DNA of 64,000 nt. Source: Veleropilina oligotropha (taxonomy: Eukaryota). Location: contig JBEUKZ010000016.1 of NCBI GenBank assembly GCA_048128005.1, positions 558,001 to 622,000 of the forward strand, given 5' to 3'. Below, piece after piece: positions 14,136 to 24,900 of the stretch (the stretch's first letter is position 1; each line of letters begins with the position of its first letter). Below the pieces are notes generated by a model, which was given only the letters and a program-made list of their open reading frames with translations, did no database searches and had not been told where the DNA came from. Position numbers and translations under genes: made by a program.

Positions 14136-15574
14136 TCTTCCAATCAGTCGTAAAACGGTTATTATACTGAGATCTCATGGCAATGATTTCTTTATTAAGT
14201 AAACCAAAATTCGCAGCGATAAAATATATTTGAAATGTTTATCCTTAATGAACAAATCTTCCCTTTGCACCTCGAATGACGTGATTTCTAAACTTAACAA
14301 CGAGTGTAAGGTATCATCTGCCAGAGAACTGTACTGAGATGCACATTTCTTTATTTTTTTTTGCTACGACAACGAATATTCGACATTTATGCCACTTTAT
14401 CCTCTGGCGGAACATTAATTTTATGTATGTATCGCCAAAGTTATCCACACACCTATACATAATTCATATCTTTATTTGTGATAATACGTTTCCATTAGTG
14501 TTTTCAGAGAAGAGTATTAATTTAGATTACGGATTTGTATGAATTTGCAAATGTGGTGTCGTAAATTCACTCAATATAATAAGTTAATATTGCCATATGC
14601 AGAGTTAGCCATTGCATAAAGTCATTGCATATTTGTTGATATGTATGTACATTGTGTTTGCTTAGGCCTATTATCAAGATACTTTTATTCATTGAATTAT
14701 TTAACATTTATTTCGTATGTTCGTTTTGTGCAATTGAAGCCTTGTTGGATTAGTTAACCACTAAGCACTGTAGTAATTGAAGCAGAACCAAGGCCTACCA
14801 GTAGCAGCTGATCGAAAAACGCATGATTGCTTTCACCTTGAATCGATTCGATTTTCGATTAGATACTACTAAACCATATTATTATAGACTGTGCAAATTC
14901 TGGTTTTATTTCTTTCGGTTTTACATATGTGTAAATGTTCCCTGATGTGTTTTTGATGCGTGAATATATATTATATATATATATCATAAGTAAGGTAATA
15001 TATTTGCATATTCACATTTATAAAGTTTGACTATGAACATATGGATTAGCAATTGTTGAAATTATCCCTGGAGTCCGACGGCTGGAGGCCCCCCTCGAAG
15101 GTGTTCGCGCTATCGGTGAAGATCGGCAAGAAGAGCTGTTTTGTCACGTGACCGTCGGCAACTTCAAAGGGTACGATAATCGTTGGTAGTATGTCAGCTC
15201 AGCATGGCATGGCCTGATAACAATGAACATTAAACTTGACAAATTGAATTGAAATTAAATGGCATTAATAGTGGTATCTGCCAATAATTGTGCGTACAAT
15301 TTATATTTATTATATCTTGCATTAATGGTGAACTGTATTCAGTGAATTTAAATAAAATAATTGTAAAGATATTTTTTTTACTATTATAAGCCAATGAACG
15401 TAAACTTCACTATTGGATTCAGATGAATGTCTGAAATGTGATAATATTGTGTCAATTTCGACCTGATGTGAGTGATTTTCTGCCTCTTTACATGCTATAG
15501 GGCACACATTCTCTCCAGCAGTCTAACATTTAGCAAGTCAGTTGTCAAAATGGCCATTTCTGACATTATGAATG

Positions 15575-16025
15575 TCCTTAATTCCTTTATGGGTAAATTC
15601 GGACAGAGACCGAACTACAAACAGACCGATATTATACACGAGAGCGAGGTTGAGAAATTCTTTCAAATAATGTCGGATTCCAGTAAAAAAATTCAAGATT
15701 TTCATATTATCGCCCCCTGATATGATTCAGTTGGAATACATTCGATCAGACACTGACATCCCCGACAATGACAGATCAAATGTTTATATAGCAACTTTCA
15801 CTACGTGTTGGGCGAGATTAAAAACTGTATGACGTATTAGAACAACTGGGTCAGAGAGTATTGTATTACGATACCGATTCAGTGATTTATGTGGCAGGAC
15901 CTGGACGAATCGACATGCCATTGGGAGACTATTTAGGTGAATTGACCAATCGCACTAATACTGACAAAGAAACCTGCAAAGTTCGTGGTTTCACATTAAA
16001 TTACACCAATTCAAAACTGGTCAAT
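15575..16025 (+). pseudogene. Canonical Maverick protein-primed DNA polymerase B fragment (left arm)
   Basis: LNSFMGKFGQRPN (motif B), NVYIATFTTCWARLK/LYDVLEQLGQRVLYYDTDSVIY (motif C), LGDYLGELTN, CKVRGFTLNY; two frameshifts and an internal deletion. Confidence 0.9.
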
Positions 16026-16250
16026 ATTTCTCTCTGACATAAAAATATACTACAATATATCTCTCTGACATAAAAATATACTACAATATTTCTCTCTGAC
16101 ATGAAAATAAGTCACAATATTTCTCTCTGACATAAAAATATACTACAATATTTCTCTCTGACATAAAAATATACTACAATATTTCTCTCTGACATGAAAA
16201 TAAGTCACAATATTTCTCTCTGGCATAAAAATAAGTCACAATATTTCTCA
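16022..16250. repeat. 31-bp tandem array, ~7 copies (mirrored at 17006-17234)
   Basis: caatatttctctctgacataaaaatatacta and ...atgaaaataagtca variants; begins exactly where the pPolB remnant breaks off. Confidence 0.9.
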
Positions 16251-16494
16251 AAGACAAAGAAAATAATCGTATTGAAATAGCATTGAATTATGAATATACG
16301 ACATAAAAAATACCGAACTAAAAAATATTCTTCAAGATTTATTCGTTGGACAAAAATAATGTACATAAAAAACTCTCTCGAGAGATAAATTAGACATTAT
16401 TTATCTAGACTCGAATAATTTAAACATAATTTTATCAAATGCATAAAATATGTACATTATTATCTCACAAATCTACAAATGACATTTAATAACC

Positions 16495-16762
16495 ATAGGG
16501 TAAGGTGTTCAAATCGTTTAAGATAGCCCTTTTCCACGGGGGTGAGGGAGTATACCACCCCGAGGGGTAGGGGGGGAAATGCCCCAAAACCTGGGGTAGG
16601 AACATGTCCAGTGTCAGAGAAGCTGACACTGGAGCCAGTGAAGCTGGCTCATGTTCCTACCCCTAGGTTTTGGGGCATTTCCCCCCTACCCCTCGGGGTG
16701 GTATACTCCCTCACCCCCGTGGAAAAGGGCTATCTTAAACGATTTGAACACCTTACCCTATG
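16495..16762. other. GC-rich palindrome axis with two internal hairpin ears (Y/T-shaped)
   Basis: Main stem ...ggtaggaacatg / catgttcctacc...; ear 1 tccagtgtcag-agaag-ctgacactgga (16607-16633); ear 2 gccag-tgaag-ctggc (16634-16648). Confidence 0.9.
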
Positions 16763-17230
16763 GTTATTAAATGTCATTTGTAGATTTGTGAGATAATAAT
16801 GTACATATTTTATGCATTTGATAAAATTATGTTTAAATTATTCGAGTCTAGATAAATAATGTCTAATTTATCTCTCGAGAGAGTTTTTTATGTACATTAT
16901 TTTTGTCCAACGAATAAATCTTGAAGAATATTTTTTAGTTCGGTATTTTTTATGTCGTATATTCATAATTCAATGCTATTTCAATACGATTATTTTCTTT
17001 GTCTTTGAGAAATATTGTGACTTATTTTTATGCCAGAGAGAAATATTGTGACTTATTTTCATGTCAGAGAGAAATATTGTAGTATATTTTTATGTCAGAG
17101 AGAAATATTGTAGTATATTTTTATGTCAGAGAGAAATATTGTGACTTATTTTCATGTCAGAGAGAAATATTGTAGTATATTTTTATGTCAGAGAGATATA
17201 TTGTAGTATATTTTTATGTCAGAGAGAAAT

Positions 17231-17681
17231 ATTGACCAGTTTTGAATTGGTGTAATTTAATGTGAAACCACGAACTTTGCAGGTTTCTTTGTCAGTATTA
17301 GTGCGATTGGTCAATTCACCTAAATAGTCTCCCAATGGCATGTCGATTCGTCCAGGTCCTGCCACATAAATCACTGAATCGGTATCGTAATACAATACTC
17401 TCTGACCCAGTTGTTCTAATACGTCATACAGTTTTTAATCTCGCCCAACACGTAGTGAAAGTTGCTATATAAACATTTGATCTGTCATTGTCGGGGATGT
17501 CAGTGTCTGATCGAATGTATTCCAACTGAATCATATCAGGGGGCGATAATATGAAAATCTTGAATTTTTTTACTGGAATCCGACATTATTTGAAAGAATT
17601 TCTCAACCTCGCTCTCGTGTATAATATCGGTCTGTTTGTAGTTCGGTCTCTGTCCGAATTTACCCATAAAGGAATTAAGGA
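17231..17681 (-). pseudogene. Maverick pPolB fragment (right-arm mirror)
   Basis: Reverse complement of 15575-16025 with the same lesions. Confidence 0.9.
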
Positions 17682-19460
17682 CATTCATAATGTCAGAAAT
17701 GGCCATTTTGACAACTGACTTGCTAAATGTTAGACTGCTGGAGAGAATGTGTGCCCTATAGCATGTAAAGAGGCAGAAAATCACTCACATCAGGTCGAAA
17801 TTGACACAATATTATCACATTTCAGACATTCATCTGAATCCAATAGTGAAGTTTACGTTCATTGGCTTATAATAGTAAAAAAAATATCTTTACAATTATT
17901 TTATTTAAATTCACTGAATACAGTTCACCATTAATGCAAGATATAATAAATATAAATTGTACGCACAATTATTGGCAGATACCACTATTAATGCCATTTA
18001 ATTTCAATTCAATTTGTCAAGTTTAATGTTCATTGTTATCAGGCCATGCCATGCTGAGCTGACATACTACCAACGATTATCGTACCCTTTGAAGTTGCCG
18101 ACGGTCACGTGACAAAACAGCTCTTCTTGCCGATCTTCACCGATAGCGCGAACACCTTCGAGGGGGGCCTCCAGCCGTCGGACTCCAGGGATAATTTCAA
18201 CAATTGCTAATCCATATGTTCATAGTCAAACTTTATAAATGTGAATATGCAAATATATTACCTTACTTATGATATATATATATAATATATATTCACGCAT
18301 CAAAAACACATCAGGGAACATTTACACATATGTAAAACCGAAAGAAATAAAACCAGAATTTGCACAGTCTATAATAATATGGTTTAGTAGTATCTAATCG
18401 AAAATCGAATCGATTCAAGGTGAAAGCAATCATGCGTTTTTCGATCAGCTGCTACTGGTAGGCCTTGGTTCTGCTTCAATTACTACAGTGCTTAGTGGTT
18501 AACTAATCCAACAAGGCTTCAATTGCACAAAACGAACATACGAAATAAATGTTAAATAATTCAATGAATAAAAGTATCTTGATAATAGGCCTAAGCAAAC
18601 ACAATGTACATACATATCAACAAATATGCAATGACTTTATGCAATGGCTAACTCTGCATATGGCAATATTAACTTATTATATTGAGTGAATTTACGACAC
18701 CACATTTGCAAATTCATACAAATCCGTAATCTAAATTAATACTCTTCTCTGAAAACACTAATGGAAACGTATTATCACAAATAAAGATATGAATTATGTA
18801 TAGGTGTGTGGATAACTTTGGCGATACATACATAAAATTAATGTTCCGCCAGAGGATAAAGTGGCATAAATGTCGAATATTCGTTGTCGTAGCAAAAAAA
18901 AATAAAGAAATGTGCATCTCAGTACAGTTCTCTGGCAGATGATACCTTACACTCGTTGTTAAGTTTAGAAATCATGTCATTCGAGGTGCAAAGGGAAGAT
19001 TTGTTCATTAAGGATAAACATTTCAAATATATTTTATCGCTGCGAATTTTGGTTTACTTAATAAAGAAATCATTGCCATGAGATCTCAGTATAATAACCG
19101 TTTTACGACTGATTGGAAGAAATTTAATAATTTATTGAGTATCTACCAATAATTTAATAATTTATAGAGCATCTCCCAATAATTTAATAATTTATTGAGT
19201 ATCTACCAATAATTTAATAATTTATTGTGCATCTACCATTCGTGTTTAAAACAAAGTGATGTTTCATACTTTCGCTTGACTCAAATAATTTATCAGTAAG
19301 TTTTCGACCATTGCACGACTCTGACTGATAAATTAATCGATTAAGACAACTCAGGTAATTGTCGGTAACTTCAAACAACTTTCATTTTCGATTAGATGCG
19401 ACATGTGAGATTTCGATTTTCGATTAGATGCTACTATACCAATAATATAGAGAACGAATA

Positions 19461-19745
19461 TCATTTCATTTCAGCATACCCAGGATACAGAGAAATTAGA
19501 CGGGAATCGTCATTTGATTTACGTGCTCTCTTGGTTGTGTTTGGGTACTGCTTGTCATTGGAACATTTTATATCTGTCCAGATGCCTTCAGCCATACATG
19601 CCTTTGTTAAATCGTCTACTTCTTCTAACTGGCGAATTTCGTCGCATAATAATTCTAATATTTTCATATTAACAGCATCATCTCTCAACATATTATTAGC
19701 CTGGGCCCATTTGATCAAGTCAGAACTTAAAGTGATAGAATCCAT
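19461..19745 (-). CDS. 94-aa hypothetical protein (right arm)
   Basis: Identical mirror of 13511-13795. Confidence 0.45.
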   Translation of the reverse strand: MDSITLSSDLIKWAQANNMLRDDAVNMKILELLCDEIRQLEEVDDLTKACMAEGIWTDIKCSNDKQYPNTTKRARKSNDDSRLISLYPGYAEMK

Positions 19746-20329
19746 TTTGCTATAAATTATAAACGATACATTAATCTATGTATGTACAAACTATTAATTA
19801 TGTTGTAATCTTTTACATTTTAAAAAAGGTTAGAACAATGTAAAATCAAAATGACAATTTTACTTTAAATCCCTTTCATTTGTAGATAATTGTAGAATTT
19901 CTTTTTGTTATTTGAAATGTGTTAAGTGGATAATTTTGAACACATATTTTTAAATATTATATTTTGAATAACATCACATATCGACGATTTATAAGTTCCT
20001 TAAAAACGCAATATCGCACGTGTTTGCATGACGGTATAGTCTCAATTATCATAGTCTTAATGGTTTAGTATTTGTGTTTGTATGGCATTAGTTGCTATCA
20101 GAGTCTTAATGGTTATGCCCCAGGCGTAGGCACGCGTGAACGTACGTACTTCTAGTCTTAATGATTTTGACCCCAGGTGTCTGCATGCGTGTTCGCATTG
20201 CGGTAATGTGCTCTCGTGATAAGCGATAGCCTGTGTTATATAATTAATTACCCCTTTTGTCTACACATACCTATAAATAATGTCAACACACAGTCAATGA
20301 ACACATTCACAACATTTGTTTATTTAATC

Positions 20330-20625
20330 ATGGGGTCCGTATTAGTTAAACTATTAATATGGAGACAGGAGATTTTGGAAAAGGTGAGTTCTATTTTATA
20401 TATTTATTGAGGACTTTTTACTGAGTAAATTTAAACTATTTATAATTTGAACGCATACAATAATACGATTATTCCGTATGTAAAAACCATGGAGATTCAG
20501 TATTTCATTTTATTTTGCAGGAATATTTAAGACAGTATAATTTACTGGTGGCTTGTGAAAAAGCACAAGGGTATGAATACCCCAAACCCAAGTGGAATGG
20601 CTATGAGGAGACCTGGGATTGGTAA
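20330..20625 (+). CDS. Two-exon 52-aa peptide MGSVLVKLLIWRQEILEK|EYLRQYNLLVACEKAQGYEYPKPKWNGYEETWDW (exons 20330-20383, 20521-20625)
   Basis: TATAAA at ~20272, AAG|gtgagt donor, ttttgcag| acceptor, phase 0, in-frame TAA. Confidence 0.5.
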
Positions 20626-20944
20626 TTATTATAAGCTTTTTTTTTGTTAGCTTTTCGTTAATATTAAATCGTGTGTTTTAAATGGATAGCCACCTATTGC
20701 AATGTTGATTAAACCTTTGATCACACGTAAGAGATTATACAAACATCAGAACTCAGGCGCTTCGAGGTAATTAACCTCTGTGTCACTTGTAATGTCAACA
20801 AACTGTACCTGCTTTGTTGGCTATTGTTTACACTTCCTGAAAAGGTTATGCGAAAGCCTAGAGATGTTGTGATAACAAGTTAAGTACATCGAATCGGTAT
20901 CGTTGATAATTCATTCTTTCATTTAATTCTAACGACCTAACAAC

Positions 20945-21359
20945 ATGCTTTATTTTATTTTATTTCTCATTCCTGTCACTTATAACGTTGAATTAACCAA
21001 ATGCATTCCACTAACAACCTGCTACCGACTGACTGCAACGTACATTGACTGTACACACTCGTCTGATGCTTGTCTAATCATCGCCGGAAACGACCCCCTG
21101 GATATCCATATATCCGAACATATCACAACTATTTTAACATCGACGGATTTCCAGGGGGTTATATACGCCATTTCCGAGCATCAGACGAGTGAAATATGCT
21201 CCCACAATAGACATCTCAACATCATATTACACGGAAAATTTATACCATGCATCGCATCATTTCGTAAGTATGAACATAAATATACCATGTGTTAGGATAT
21301 ATATATATATATGATTTATCATGGGTACCTACCGTATTGATGCGCATATATACATATGC

Positions 21360-21399
<40 letters not shown>

Positions 21400-21770
21400 A
21401 CCCATATTATTCGATTATACGCATATGCGTTTATATGTGAGACACTTTATAATTTACGCAGACGAAAACTAATATCATCATACATCAAACTAAAACATTA
21501 TGTTGATATTACGTAAACACTCATTCAACGATATTTATACATAAGTCATTTCTTTCAGACTCCATCACAGCACCGACTCCAAAAACCATGACGACCGGAA
21601 CTTCCACCATTTTTCGTAAGTAAATAGAGCTCCAATACATATTTATCGAAATGATTTATTGTAGCAACCATCTAAAAAAAAAACTCAATCGATTTCGATG
21701 CGATCAGTAACGGACCCTCATATTCACAATTAATTTGCTTGTAATTTGGTTGTAAATATACATATGCATG

Positions 21771-21804
<34 letters not shown>

Positions 21805-22744
21805 CCCCCTATTCGATTATACGCATATGCGTTTATTCAATTCAATTCAATTCAATTTATTAGTGCTTTAAACACGAACGTGTTTTTAGCGTATCAAAAA
21901 TACATATTATAGATTGCAGACAGGTACAATAACCATTACAGGTGTAATTTTATTAAATACACAAAGTCGCTGTGTTTATTTATCTATATTTCTATATATG
22001 AAGGAATATTGCTTCTATTTATATAAATTTATAGTATATATACAAAATACGCAAGTGTATGTTTTATACATAATAGTTACATAATTGAATTATTTTACAT
22101 ATATACATACATCGAATAAATGAAGATCTATTATATTTACTTGCATTGCTAAGTCAGCAGATACATATTTATTGTACATATCGATAATATTACGTCACGA
22201 ATAAAATATTAACGTAACGCAAACTGAAACTCTATCATATTTAGGTTCTTGGTTAAATGTTTATATATTATTTCTTAACATAAGTGCTTGCTTTAGATAT
22301 ATGCCAAGCATAGATTGCGTTCGTAAAGAGTCAGATGACATTAGATTTACAAATTTCTGTAGAGTTGGCCATTTGGTATAATAGTTGGGCAGGTGTTTTA
22401 ATCTAAGATCTCTATACTTTGAACACACCAATACAAAGTGATATTCGTCCTCTACCATACGTTGATTACACTGTTGGCACAGTCGATGTTCTATATTTAT
22501 ATGTGAGACACTTTATAATTAACTATTATCATCATACATTATGGTGATATTGAATTATTTTGTTAAACAGTGTTCAAAGGTCATTAGTCTGTGCATTCAC
22601 CCCATAATAACTATTAATATGTAAATAAAATGGTTCTATACATATTAGATCTGTCGCTGTGAAAAAAAATAACTGTATATATTTATTTTAATAATAAAAA
22701 CGGACATTATGGATAGACTTTATATTCGAATATAGGTGCATGTG

Positions 22745-22786
<42 letters not shown>

Positions 22787-23773
22787 TTTTTTTTTTTTTC
22801 AATATCAGAAAATAATTCGCTTATTGGCTCGGGCGCCTATATGCGCATCAATAGGGTATATTCACTATATTGTTTTCCATTTACAGTACAAATCCTTACA
22901 TCGACAACATCATCACCACCAAACACCACGACTGTCCGGACTCCTGAAAGCAGTAAGTTAACGAATACATTATGCAGATCGTAAAGTGTCTTGAAATTTA
23001 TAGACATTGTAATTTATGAAATTATGATTGGCGTACGCCTAAATGATTGATTGATATAAGAGATTGTTCAAACACCATGTAATATTATGGATATATATAA
23101 TGCATCACAGGCTGTGCATTCTTGTTGACATTACTGTTCACTATATAGTTTGTAACAATTTTGTATCCGACGTTCTTTCTCACTGCACTGTCCTGGTGAT
23201 GTGTTTTGAGATAATGCACAGTTGTCCGTCCGAGGTGTATGGGTTTCATTTCATCGCAAAATAGTAGTGTGTTAAATATAACAATGGTTAAATGACTAAA
23301 ATTTATATATTATGAATTTGTGTCGCAATAAACAATTGTCTTTGTATCAATGTGGTCTGTCTGAGTTATACAATATGCCTACACGTTCGAGTGACCGTTA
23401 TTCTTCCATATATAAGTCGTACATATGAGTTATATTTTCCTCATCATTTTCAGATCGCTGGCTAGGAGTCGTATTAGGAACGACCGCTTCGTTCCTAATA
23501 TGCATCGTTGCTGCGGTCATTCTTTACCGCCTACGATGCCGGGCAAACATCCCTGACAACATCATATTTCAACAAGTACCACTGATCGACATACCCGCAC
23601 CTTTACCACCTGCACCACGAGAGCCTTTACCACCACCCGCACCACGACCCCCTTTACCACCACCTGCGCCACAAGCACCTGTACACGACGGACCGGCTCG
23701 TCGAACGCGTTTGGCCACTCGGATATCTGGAGGTCCAGCAACCCGAACGCGTTCGAAGCCACATCATTTATAA
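20945..23773 (+). CDS. 4-exon type I membrane glycoprotein, 253 aa (exons 20945-21263, 21559-21615, 22887-22952, 23454-23773)
   Basis: Signal peptide MLYFILFLIPVTY, 6-Cys ectodomain, two Ser/Thr-rich mucin-like exons, TM WLGVVLGTTASFLICIVAAVILY, RLRCR stop-transfer, Pro-rich tail; three GTAAGT...CAG phase-1 introns give a continuous frame. Confidence 0.75.
21832..22494 (-). mobile_element. LINE 3' fragment (right-arm mirror)
   Basis: Mirror of 10728-11390. Confidence 0.75.
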
Positions 23774-24027
23774 ATCATACACATATTTTACACTATTTTC
23801 TCACCATTTTATACTTTTATACATATTTTAACACATCACAGTTTATATAAATTTATTTTTTCTTTATTTAGATATTAGTACATCATTTTCTTTATTCTAT
23901 TTCTTCATGTTTTTGTGTATATATCTGTCTCTGTTTATTAAATTTTATAATTTCTCACACGTGTTTTTTTTCCCCCTTTATTTAGACAGTCCCATACAAT
24001 TAGTCATTATCATCGGTTTATTCAAGG

Positions 24028-24071
<44 letters not shown>

Positions 24072-24900
24072 ATATCTTACCTTTTATGAATATTCATTCA
24101 GTATCTACACCATCAGGTTTCAACTCCATTTGAAGATATCGAGGAAATCCACAGTTAATATTTTGATATATGCACAAACATTTCTTGATATTCCAGTTTC
24201 TCATTGGAGATCAATCGTCATAATGTTGGAAAGGAAAACGTTATACATTTAAACTGATGCCAGGGAATATATTATACGTCAGACATATATACATATTTCT
24301 ACCGATGAATATAAACCATAGTTTTCCTAGCAATTATATATATATTTACCTCGATGCAAAATTGATGTATATACTATATACATATTGCTACTGATGAATA
24401 TAAAACCATAGTTTTCCTAGTAATTATATATATTTATCTCGATGCAAAATTGTCCTTTTCGTCTTCAACGATGCAAAGATGGCGCAGATGTTATGTAATG
24501 GCCTCTAGCAGATGTTATGTAAAACCCGAGAACCAATGAGTTCGATATCATTGGATAAGAGAGAGCAGGTGTTCGCTAGACACGTCCCCTCTATGCTATT
24601 TGACAGTGCCCCAAGGTATAAAAATCGCCACTGCGCCACCGAAAGTAGACCATAATCCCGACATTATCATTGGACAGTACGGAACAAAGGAAGTTCGCTA
24701 GACACGCCCCCCTCGATGCTGATTGATAGTAAGGAACAAAGGAAACCGACAATACATTACCCACAATACAACACTGCGCATGCGTCAACGAAAATGCCCT
24801 AAGGCACCGGAAGTGTCCTAAGGTACGGTAAATACTACTGCTAACACGGGCACACAAATATAGGAAATTATTTGTTTTGCGACATTTTACATACACCTAC

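Larger units (their letters stand above)
8446..24839. mobile_element. Giant palindromic (fold-back) Maverick/Polinton derivative, arms about 8.2 kb
   Basis: Starts AGTAGTATA (8446) and ends TACTACT (24839). All ORFs are mirrored (e.g. 13511-13795+ and 19461-19745-). Axis at ~16628; pPolB remnant inside; no TSD (cacgac vs gctaac). Confidence 0.9.

Noticed and set aside
16022..16250. 31-bp repeat array as a possible CRISPR
   Set aside because: Repeats are head-to-tail with no unique spacers, no cas genes, eukaryotic context
16542..16796. 84-aa ORF across the palindrome axis
   Set aside because: By-product of the GC-rich self-complementary hairpin
23064..23264. Extra exon of the membrane-protein gene
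   Set aside because: The candidate acceptor gives the wrong phase and an in-frame stop; exon 3 joins exon 4 cleanly without it
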